Source: a virus. From it: 64,000 bases of DNA. This document shows positions 1 through 8,800 of this stretch, piece by piece. Positions within the stretch are counted from its first letter, which is position 1. Each line of letters begins with the position of its first letter. A program made the position numbers and the translations under genes. The stretch lies in the IMG/VR virus record IMGVR_UViG_3300020576_007358. One strand, given 5' to 3'. The notes beneath the pieces are model-generated. The model did not search any database. It worked only from the letters and a program-made list of their open reading frames with translations, and was not told where the DNA came from.

Positions 1-1225
1 GAAGCTTAAGCTTATGATCGATCATGCTGCAGACGATGTCACGCTTGTTTTTCCATTCATCTTCGAAGATGTGAAGAAGGTTAACTTGATTCTCTTGAGC
101 CTTGATTGACTTGTTGTTGTGATAGATAGAAGACTTGTTTATGACGCTGTGCCAGTACAACCCATTGTACTCGATCCCAAAGCGATGTTCCGGAACGTAG
201 ATGTCAATTTCCAGACCTTGCAGAACGTCTCTCCTACAAGAATCAACAGCAACATTCTTGCTCTTTACGTACTGATATATTTCAGATTGCGCAACTGAAC
301 CAGTCGAATCGCAAGACCAGCATCTTCCAGATTGAAGGCGCCGCAGCGAGCTGTTCCATTCTTTTGAGCACCGCGTGCACTTCACGCTTATGTTAGGAAC
401 GTTGTCATTGATGTAGCAAGATGCATCAGGCATGTTCAACGCAAGCGTTCCATGAGATTCAACTCGCTCTTTTATCTCTTCGTACATCAATCTCTTTGAT
501 GCATCAAGCTTCTCTCTCAAGTTTTTATTTGAGTGCGTTATAGCAACTTTTGCTGCCATCGCAGCGATCTTTTCGCTGCTTGCTTTGTTGAGACCTTTTG
601 CCCAAGGAACCAACTGTCCTTCTTGAAACATCCTAGAAAGATTATCGCTAGTTGCTTTAAGCCTATCGTCTGTTTCTTTAGTGAGACCCTTCGACCAGAT
701 CTTTATCTTACCTTCTTCAAATGCTGCTTTTCTTCCGGCGCTTGTTGATGCTGCTCTTGATGCGACCCTTGGGTCTGTTTCTTTAGTGAGACCTTTCGCC
801 CAACCTGTCTTGCCTCTAAGCTTGTTCTTTCTGCTTTCTGAGATTTGAGCAGCTTTTTCTGGGGAGTATACTGCGTATATGTTCGAACTGTGTCCCTTCA
901 ACGTTCCGTTATAACCGCTGTGCCAAGATATCCAAGTTGTTTCTGCTCCGCAACCGCACTTACACTTGATCGGTCCGTTGTTGACCTTATCCCAAGCATC
1001 TTTTGTCGTCATAGAGTGCAATGACTTCATGTGTTCATCGAACGCAGTTAGCTTCTTTGTGGTGAATTCGCAGAACGGACAGTTAGCCGCAGCTGGATTC
1101 TTTCTAATAGCGTACATGCAAGCTCTGCATGGTTTGTTCTTCTTGGCTGCGCCTCGGGCTGCAGCATCATTTGCATGTTCTATGATTTGTGAACATGACG
1201 GACATGTTCGTTCATTAGGTTTCAT
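1..1225 (-). CDS. Homing endonuclease-like protein; 3' end runs off the window (partial). Architecture is N-terminal C2H2/CxxC zinc fingers, repeated WAKGLTKETD motifs, and a C-terminal Vsr/DUF559-like PD-(D/E)xK nuclease (GIEYNGLYWHS...HIFEDEW).
   Basis: Own reverse-complement translation. ATG at 1225 is preceded by an in-frame TAG, and the frame stays open to position 1. It is clearly paralogous to ORF 1891..3552. It is absent from the ORF track only because it is truncated by the window edge. Confidence 0.6.
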   Translation of the reverse strand, partial: MKPNERTCPSCSQIIEHANDAAARGAAKKNKPCRACMYAIRKNPAAANCPFCEFTTKKLTAFDEHMKSLHSMTTKDAWDKVNNGPIKCKCGCGAETTWISWHSGYNGTLKGHSSNIYAVYSPEKAAQISESRKNKLRGKTGWAKGLTKETDPRVASRAASTSAGRKAAFEEGKIKIWSKGLTKETDDRLKATSDNLSRMFQEGQLVPWAKGLNKASSEKIAAMAAKVAITHSNKNLREKLDASKRLMYEEIKERVESHGTLALNMPDASCYINDNVPNISVKCTRCSKEWNSSLRRLQSGRCWSCDSTGSVAQSEIYQYVKSKNVAVDSCRRDVLQGLEIDIYVPEHRFGIEYNGLYWHSVINKSSIYHNNKSIKAQENQVNLLHIFEDEWKNKRDIVCSMIDHKLKL

Positions 1226-1332
1226 CTATTCTATAGTATCCATTGCTCAACAGAAAGTAATTTTTAGTTTGTTCTAAAGTTATCCATGCTGATATTTGTT
1301 TAACACCAACAGTGGTTTAGAAGGAAAGTACC

Positions 1333-1824
1333 ATGCCAGCAGAGACACTAGACGTTTCGTCAATGATTCCGAACAAATTCGAGCCAAAGCGTAAAAATCG
1401 TTTCGTCTTGATGATCGAAGGTATCGATGCATACCTGATTAAAACAGCAGCTCGTCCGACGGTGACGACGGAAGAAGTTGAGATTCCATTCATCAACTCT
1501 CACCGTTACCTCGCCGGCAAGACGAAGTTTAACACGATCGCTGTGACTCTCTATGATCCGATCGCACCATCCGGCGCGCAGCAGGTCATGGAGTGGATCA
1601 GAACGTGCTACGAGAGCGTGTCCGGCCGTGCTGGTTACGCTGACTTCTACAAGAGAGATATCCAGCTTAAGATGTTGGATCCTGTCGGTACAGTAGTCGA
1701 ACTATGGGATGTCAAAGGTGCATTCTGCACTGAAGTCAACTTCGGTGAATTGACATATGAAGACGGTGGACCAGGAGAAATTTCTCTAACGATCAGAGCT
1801 GATAACTTCGTTCTACAGTTCTGA
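1333..1824 (+). CDS. Tail tube protein, T4 gp19-like.
   Basis: 163 aa, the same length as T4 gp19. Blocks align: FVLMIEGI vs FQVEISY, AARPTVTTEEVEIPFINS vs ATALPAGIVEKIPVGFMN, and a C-terminal W.V.G...E..L....E block. Confidence 0.55.
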   Translation: MPAETLDVSSMIPNKFEPKRKNRFVLMIEGIDAYLIKTAARPTVTTEEVEIPFINSHRYLAGKTKFNTIAVTLYDPIAPSGAQQVMEWIRTCYESVSGRAGYADFYKRDIQLKMLDPVGTVVELWDVKGAFCTEVNFGELTYEDGGPGEISLTIRADNFVLQF

Positions 1825-1890
1825 AGCACAGATTGCAACATCAGTTGCAACTGGAATATACAACTTTGTAGGCTGTGGTATAGTTATGCC

Positions 1891-3552
1891 ATGGCCTACG
1901 ATCGTATCAAGTGTCCGAACTGTTCTCTTGATTTTGGGCAAGAGCTTCGTTTCCTAGATCATCTAACAGATGTGCATGGGATCACTGACCATGAACAACA
2001 TTACGTTGATGTTATTTTGAGTGGGATCAAACCGACATGTGGTTGTGGTTGCAACGAACACGTTAACTGGTCTAGTTGGAAGAAGGGTTACACGTCAAAG
2101 TTCAAACGTGGACACAATGCCGTTGTCGATTCCGTGTATCTAAATCCAGAGAAGCAAGTGGAATTTGCAAGGAAAAGACATGATGGTTATGCTAGTGGCC
2201 AGTACAGCACTTGGAACAAAGGCCTGACGAAAGAAACGTCTGAGAAAGTTGCGATAACTTCTCAGAAGATATCAACTTCCTTGAAAGAAGGATATAAGTC
2301 AGGAACGATCATTGATTGGCACAAAAAAGATCCTGCAGCGGCCGTCGCCGCAGCCACGAAAATCTCAAGCACAAAAAAGAAGAAATTTCAAACTGGTGAA
2401 CTGAACGTCTGGAACAAAGGTATGACTAAAGAATCAGATGAAAGAGTTGCATCAGTTTCAAACACAATAAAGCATCAAATTGAAGCGGGTCATGTTATTC
2501 CTTCAAAAAGATTGTCATCTGATGAATTTTTGTCATTGATTTCGAAACAAAAGACTTTTTCTTTGGTGTCTGATCCTTCAACATATAAAAACAAATATGT
2601 AAAATTTGACTTTAAGTGCAATACCTGCGGAAAAATATCAAAAAAGAACTTGATGATGATAAAGAGCGTTCCTGTTTGCTTTAACTGTCATCCTAAGGAA
2701 TCCAAAGCACAGATCGAAATATACGATTACGTTCGATCCTTGGCGCCTGATGCAGTGCTTTCTGATAGAACTGTAATCTCACCAAAAGAGATTGATGTGT
2801 TTGTTCCTTCGAAGAAGTTCGGAATTGAGTATGATGGTCTTTATTGGCACAGTGAAATTATCGATAGCGACAAGAAAAGAAGCCAAAAGAAGCATGATGC
2901 TGCATTGAATGTTGGAGTAAAGCTTCTTCACATATTTGAAGATGAATGGCGAGACAAGCAAGAACTTGTGAAATCAATGATAGCTTACAGGCTTGGAACA
3001 TCTTCAAAAGTAATTGGTGCACGTAAGTGTGAAGTGAAAGCACTTACAGTTCAACAAAGAAAGCAATTCATGAATGCTAATCACCTTGAAAATGATTGCA
3101 ATTCTTCTGCTTCGTGGGGATTGTTTTACAATGGTGAGCTTGTTTCCGCGCTATCACTTCGTCGACCTTTTCATGCACGTTATAGAGATGCATACGAAGT
3201 TGGCAGGTTCTGCAACCTGATGAACATAACCGTTCCAGGAGCTCTTTCTAAGTTGCTTAAAGTTGCTATAACGTGGGCGAAAAGCAAAGGTGCTGCTCGC
3301 CTGCTGTCTTACGTTGATCTTCGCATAGGGGATGGTTCTGGATACGAAAAAGCCGGCTTTAAGCTCATCTCCAGTTCAAGTCCAAGATTTTGGTGGACAG
3401 ACTACAAGAATCGCTTGAATCGTTTTGCTGTAAAAGCTGATGCATCTTCGGGTTTGACACAAATAGATGCAGCGAAGAACGCTGGCGTTGTAGCGATTTG
3501 GGGATGTGGTAATCAAATACTAGAGCTGAAAATTGAGGAGAAGAATGAATGA
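1891..3552 (+). CDS. Homing endonuclease-like protein of the Vsr-like family: zinc finger, WNKGLTKET repeats, a GIEYDGLYWHSE...HIFEDEW nuclease core, plus an unassigned C-terminal domain of about 190 aa.
   Basis: ORF track translation. Paralog of the minus-strand ORF at 1..1225. Confidence 0.6.
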   Translation: MAYDRIKCPNCSLDFGQELRFLDHLTDVHGITDHEQHYVDVILSGIKPTCGCGCNEHVNWSSWKKGYTSKFKRGHNAVVDSVYLNPEKQVEFARKRHDGYASGQYSTWNKGLTKETSEKVAITSQKISTSLKEGYKSGTIIDWHKKDPAAAVAAATKISSTKKKKFQTGELNVWNKGMTKESDERVASVSNTIKHQIEAGHVIPSKRLSSDEFLSLISKQKTFSLVSDPSTYKNKYVKFDFKCNTCGKISKKNLMMIKSVPVCFNCHPKESKAQIEIYDYVRSLAPDAVLSDRTVISPKEIDVFVPSKKFGIEYDGLYWHSEIIDSDKKRSQKKHDAALNVGVKLLHIFEDEWRDKQELVKSMIAYRLGTSSKVIGARKCEVKALTVQQRKQFMNANHLENDCNSSASWGLFYNGELVSALSLRRPFHARYRDAYEVGRFCNLMNITVPGALSKLLKVAITWAKSKGAARLLSYVDLRIGDGSGYEKAGFKLISSSSPRFWWTDYKNRLNRFAVKADASSGLTQIDAAKNAGVVAIWGCGNQILELKIEEKNE

Positions 3553-3842
3553 GTGATGTTGTGCTGCCGGGTTGGGCTAAGTGTTACAGTGATTCTCAAG
3601 CGTTGATTGATCGCATCATGCGTTACTTTCACCGTAAGTCAAGGCCAGTGTACCTCGGCGAGATCTCGATAGAGACCGGTCTGTCGTTGAAGAAGACAGA
3701 AGAGTTGCTGCAATGCTTCGTTGAAGCTCAGCTCATCAAACCAGCACCAAAAGAGACGCTGAAAAAGTTGGGATCAGATGAATCGTCCGTGGTCTTTGTG
3801 CTGTCTGGAAGTTCAGATTTGAAGTTCGCGTACCTAGAATAG
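3549..3842 (+). CDS. Hypothetical protein.
   Basis: ORF overlaps the preceding stop (ATGA). No recognisable motif. Confidence 0.3.
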   Translation: MSDVVLPGWAKCYSDSQALIDRIMRYFHRKSRPVYLGEISIETGLSLKKTEELLQCFVEAQLIKPAPKETLKKLGSDESSVVFVLSGSSDLKFAYLE

Positions 3843-3865
3843 GTTGAACGTGTGCCACGTCTTTA

Positions 3866-3894
3866 TTTACGCTGCAAGTATTGCAAAGTAGAAT
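3866..3894 (+). promoter_or_regulatory. Weak sigma70-like promoter candidate (tttacg-17 bp-tagaat) upstream of ORF 3913.
   Basis: Hexamer match only; 4/6 and 5/6. Confidence 0.15.
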
Positions 3895-3912
3895 AAGACG
3901 AAGGAATAACAC

Positions 3913-4776
3913 ATGTCAGAAGATCGCGAAGTAAAGAACGAAATTTTTAGAGGCGCCGCTGTAGATCCACGAATTCCTACGACGACTGCTGCCGAAAAGG
4001 TGAAGGCGGATTTCGGTCTAGACATTCCAGTTGAAACAGTGCCCCTGCCCAGCGCCGGCCTGACGTACCCAACGTCATCACCTTTGCACGGCAAAGAGAC
4101 TGTTGATATCAAGTCGATGACGGCTCGGGAAGAGGATATTCTCACTAGCAAAGCTCTCTTGAAGAAGGGAACTGTGATCACTGAACTGATCAAGTCATGC
4201 CTTGTTGACAAGTCTGTCGATCCACGTGACATGTTGTCTGGTGACCGCAATGCGTTGATGGTCGCGATCAGAATCACTGGTTATGGCGCTGAGTACGATG
4301 CAGAGCTAGAGTGTCCGGAATGCGGCACGAAGGCTTCTCGCCAGTTTGATCTTTCTCGTCTTCCGATCAAGAGGTTGACGATCGAACCAGTCGTTCAAGG
4401 AACGAACTTGTTTGCATGCCTCCTACCAGTCAGCAGGAAGATGGTTCACTTCAAGTTCATCACCGGTAAGGATGAAGAAGACATGTCAGCAACTGCTGAG
4501 AAGCAGAAGAAGCTTGGTCTTGCGTCTGATGCAACTGTCACCAGCAACTTGCTGTACTCTATCGTCTCGATTGATGGCATCGATGATCGTTCCAAGATCG
4601 CAGGGTTTGTCAGGTCAATGCCAGCACGAGATTCCTTGACGCTTCGTAATTACATCAAGGATCACGAGCCAGGCATTGAGATGAGGCAAGAAACTTCTTG
4701 CCCTTCATGCGATCACGAAGAGGAGGTACAGATGCCGCTAGGCGTCAACTTTCTTTGGCCTTCGGCCGGAAGATAA
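3913..4776 (+). CDS. Hypothetical tail-module protein with two CxxC motifs (CPECG, CPSCD).
   Basis: ORF track. Lies between the tail tube and tape-measure genes. Confidence 0.4.
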   Translation: MSEDREVKNEIFRGAAVDPRIPTTTAAEKVKADFGLDIPVETVPLPSAGLTYPTSSPLHGKETVDIKSMTAREEDILTSKALLKKGTVITELIKSCLVDKSVDPRDMLSGDRNALMVAIRITGYGAEYDAELECPECGTKASRQFDLSRLPIKRLTIEPVVQGTNLFACLLPVSRKMVHFKFITGKDEEDMSATAEKQKKLGLASDATVTSNLLYSIVSIDGIDDRSKIAGFVRSMPARDSLTLRNYIKDHEPGIEMRQETSCPSCDHEEEVQMPLGVNFLWPSAGR

Positions 4777-5036
4777 AGAACAGCTCATACTTGAGCCTGC
4801 GTTCTTGTGTCTTTACTACGGCGGCTGCACGTGGACGGAAACGTACAACATGCCAGTCGCCTACAAGAGATGGCTGATCGAGAGGATCGTTAAAGAGATC
4901 AATAAGGGCGGTGACGATGAACCACCACCCACAAAAGCTTTGCACCAGAACACGCCAGAAGTAAGGGCGATGCAAGGTCGTCAGCGTGCGCAGGTACCTT
5001 CAAGGCTCAGACGTTTCACTTGATGATACTTACATC

Positions 5037-5858
5037 ATGCCGAACGAGAAGTGGACGTCTGCAGGCGGTGTTGTTCTAGATTCGCTTGAAGAACCGTATC
5101 GAGTGTACGTTTGCAAGCCGTCTAACAATTACGGTCCGTGGACTTTTCCAAAAGGAAGAGTTGATGCTGGCGAAGGTCTAGAAGAAACTGCGCTCCGCGA
5201 AGTTCAAGAAGAGGCAGGCGTTCCAGCCAAGATGCTTCCGAACGGTTCGCTTGGAACTGGTGTTGGGTCGTACAGCATCACGCACTACTTCATGATGGTC
5301 AGAACCGGTCCGGTCGGTGCTCATGATTATGAGATGGAAGAAGTGAGATGCTGCACTCTTGATGAAGCGCAAGAACTGTTTGTATCAGACGGTAACAGCA
5401 GAGATGTTGGTATCCTTAATCGAGCAGCTGCATACATAGAGAAGAACGTTAAAGGAAAAGAGAAGATGTCTGAGTCAAAAGTTATCAACGAATTGAAGAC
5501 AAATTTGCTCGGTAAGATCTTCTTTGCTACGGTTGGAGCGTGGTTGGTGGGTAAAGCTGTCAACGTCAAACTTCGCGGTACTAATGAGCAAGTCCAAACC
5601 GTGGCCAACGCGTTGCTAGCGTCAAAGAAGTTTCAGGATGAGCTGAAGCACCCAGGTGCAACGGTTGAATCTGTCATGAACAAACTTAGCGTGAAACACA
5701 TGACTGCTCAAGAGTTCGAGAAGCAATTTAACATTCCGTTCCCGTTGTTATTTTATGCTACTTTTATCACTTTTGAAACTTCGCGTCGCAAATCACTTCC
5801 GAAACAACTGGTAAAGAACATGACTGATAACGAAATAAGAAACCTACTTGTAGGTTGA
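5037..5858 (+). CDS. Nudix hydrolase fused to an unknown C-terminal region of about 130 aa.
   Basis: Nudix box GRVDAGEGLEETALREVQEEAGV. ORF track start 4986 is GTG; ATG at 5037 (MPNEKW) is the likelier start. Confidence 0.55.
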   Translation: MPNEKWTSAGGVVLDSLEEPYRVYVCKPSNNYGPWTFPKGRVDAGEGLEETALREVQEEAGVPAKMLPNGSLGTGVGSYSITHYFMMVRTGPVGAHDYEMEEVRCCTLDEAQELFVSDGNSRDVGILNRAAAYIEKNVKGKEKMSESKVINELKTNLLGKIFFATVGAWLVGKAVNVKLRGTNEQVQTVANALLASKKFQDELKHPGATVESVMNKLSVKHMTAQEFEKQFNIPFPLLFYATFITFETSRRKSLPKQLVKNMTDNEIRNLLVG

Positions 5859-5865
5859 GGTCTAA

Positions 5866-8800
5866 GTGGCGGGCCCAGTAGATAAAGACCAGGTTGATAT
5901 TGCGACAAAGCTAGCTGCTTTGATGGATCGCATGGCGGTGTCGTCTGCGAAGATTGACGCGGCTTACGCTACGCAAGTAGAGTCAATGAAGCAGTTGGCT
6001 ACTACGATGGGCCAAGTTGATGTTAAGAACGTCATCGGCGAGATAGGAAAGATCAACAAAGATCTGAAGCAGATGGCTGAAAGCCTATCCAAGGCCAAGA
6101 ACATCAACCAACAAACGTTTGAAGAGATGGCGAAGAAGGCTGGTGATGCTGGAACGTCAGTGACGTCGCTTAGCGGTCGAATCAAAGAGTCGACGAAGCT
6201 CATAGAAGGAATGAATAAGACACCCCTTGATAAGCTTCATGAGGCATTGTCAGAACCGGGTGGCGCCGCAGGTGTCTTGAACAAGCAACTTGGCAAGCTT
6301 GGCATAACTGTGTCAAAGAAGTTTCCTGAAGGCATGCTGGTTGCATCAGCGGCTGCGTCGGGTTTTGCACAAGGCATTGAAAATGTCATCGCTGTCGGTA
6401 AAGCTTCACTTGGAATGCTTGAAGGTTTGACGTCTGCGTTGTTTAACATTGGTGGTGCGATCCTTGCAATCCCGTTCAAGATGTTCAAGGGATTGATCGA
6501 TATCGCAAATAATGCTGGCGCTGGATCAACTGAGCTAGCACAAGCTATCGAAAACCTCAGAAAAGAATTTGGAGCTTTGGGAACTGGATCACCAAAGGTG
6601 ATCATGGACATGTCCATCCAGTTGAAGGGATTCTCAGATACTGGCCTATCTGCATACAGGATCTTTGGTAACCTGGCACATCGACTAGAAGAATTTTTGA
6701 AGTTGGCTCAGGAGATGGGACCAAACTTCCAGAACTTTGCTGATGAATTCAAGGAGAATGGTGGTGCTCTGCTCGCCTGGCAGAAGGGTCTTGGTCTATC
6801 TGGTGAGATGATGAGGACCATGAGCGAGAGAGCAAAATCTCTCGGAACCAACATGGCGAAGCAGCTGTACGAGGTTCAGAAGCAAGCTCAGGGTCTTGGC
6901 AAAGCATTCCAGATTGATTCAAAGTTGATCTCTAGGGACATGGCAAAAGCCTTCGCTGACGTGAAGCACTTTGCTGGCGCAACTGTCAAAGAGATCGCGA
7001 CGGCGTCTGTATACGCTAGGAAGTTGGGCCTAGAGCTTGACAAGATCACTGGCACGCTAGATGCGTTTGATACTTTTGACTCAGCTGCTGAGAACGCAGC
7101 AAAGCTGTCGCAATCGTTCGGTTTGAACGTCGATGCTTTTAAGCTGATGGAAGCTCAAGATCCAGCAACGCAGATTGACATGCTGCGCAAGCAGTTTGCT
7201 GCCGCTGGTCAGGATGCATCTTCTTTCAATCGTCAGCAGATGAAGCTTCTTGCTTCAACGACCGGTCTTGATGAAGCAACTGCACGTCAAGTTTTTTCTT
7301 TGAAGAACCAAGGCGCTTCTCTTGATGACATCAAGAAGAAGAGCGAAGGCGCTGAGAAGAAGCAGATGAGCCAGGCAGAAGCCATGAAGGCTCTTGCTGA
7401 CTCGATTGAGAGACTAGTTCAGGCAGGTGGTCAGGGTTCTGGTGGTTACTTTGAGCGTTTCTTCAGAGGGTTCTTGGGAGGAATCCAAGCCTCGAAGGAG
7501 TTCAGAGATACTATTATGAATATCCGACGAGGTTTGCAACTTGTCGAGATGGCAGGTGTGAAAGCTGGTAAATTGTTCGCCCAGCTTACGCCGATCCAAG
7601 AGTTCTTGGGCGGTCTTGCTGAATTTTTCAAACCAGGAAAATTTTCTAAGCTGTTTAATGCTTTTGGCGAAGAAATCGTTGCATTCTTTGAAGATGCAAC
7701 GCACGGTGAACATTCATTCCCAAAACTGATGGAGAACATCCAGAAGCATTTCTTTGATTTCTTCAATGATCAGACACCCGCTGGACAGAAAACCATCAAG
7801 GGATTTCGAAAGATCTTTAAGATCATCATCAATGTGATTGCGGATGGCATAAGATGGGCTTCAACAAAAATTGCTGAAGTTTTGAAAAGCATCACAAAAT
7901 TGATTCTTGATCCAAAATCTGCAAAAGATGCAGTCAAGGAAGCAGGTGGAGACGGTGCTGCTGCTGCGTTCGAGATGATTCAACCTCTGATTGATTCTCT
8001 TAGAGATTCGTGGAATATTCTAAAACCAGCAATTTTTGACTTGGTTAAGGTAGTTGGTGAAAAACTGTTTGAGTACTTCACGTCTGACGACTTTATCAAT
8101 CTTGTGAAGCCGGCATTGCCATACGTGTTTGGAATCTTGTTTGGTCCTGCCATAGTCAGATCACTGTTGGGAATTATGACTTCTAGCGTTGGTTCATTGA
8201 TAGCTAACGCAATTAAAGGAGCATTCTTGGGACCTGCAGCTGGTGCTGCAGAAAGAGCTGGAACTCGAGGGTTTGGAGGTCTATTTAGGAAAATTTTTGG
8301 CGGACTTGGCAAATTCTTGGGACCTGCAGCAATCGCAGTTGCTATCGGTGATCTTGCTGTCAATGTTAACGATGCAATGAAGAAGTTTGAAGACAAGCTT
8401 GCACCAACGTTCGGTAGAACTGAAGCAAAGATGGGTGCAGCTGCGGCTGGTATTATTAATGCTTTTACGTTCGGATTGCTGCCAGACTCAATTCAAGAAA
8501 TTGTTGCTGAACAATTTGCGTCAATGTCAGAGATGATATTTGGTGCAATTCAAGATGTTTTTGGTGCTTCTTTCACTGGAAGGTTGAAGGCATATATTGG
8601 TTCTGCGCTTGATGTCTTTGGCAGCTTCGGTAACTTGATCTCTGAGATCTTCAAAGGAAAAGAGGGCGATATATCCGGCGCGCTTCAAGATCTTGGTGGC
8701 AAATTGTTGAGTTTCGTTGGCAACTGGTTCTTGTGGATGGTTGAGCAGATTCCAACGTTGTATGTGATGGCATTTCAATTCGGAACAAAGCTGCTTTCTA

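Noticed and set aside
533-1277. + strand ORFs 533..748 and 966..1277.
   Set aside because: Cys/Phe-rich nonsense translations lying antisense to the convincing minus-strand HE gene (1..1225), which has a paralog nearby.
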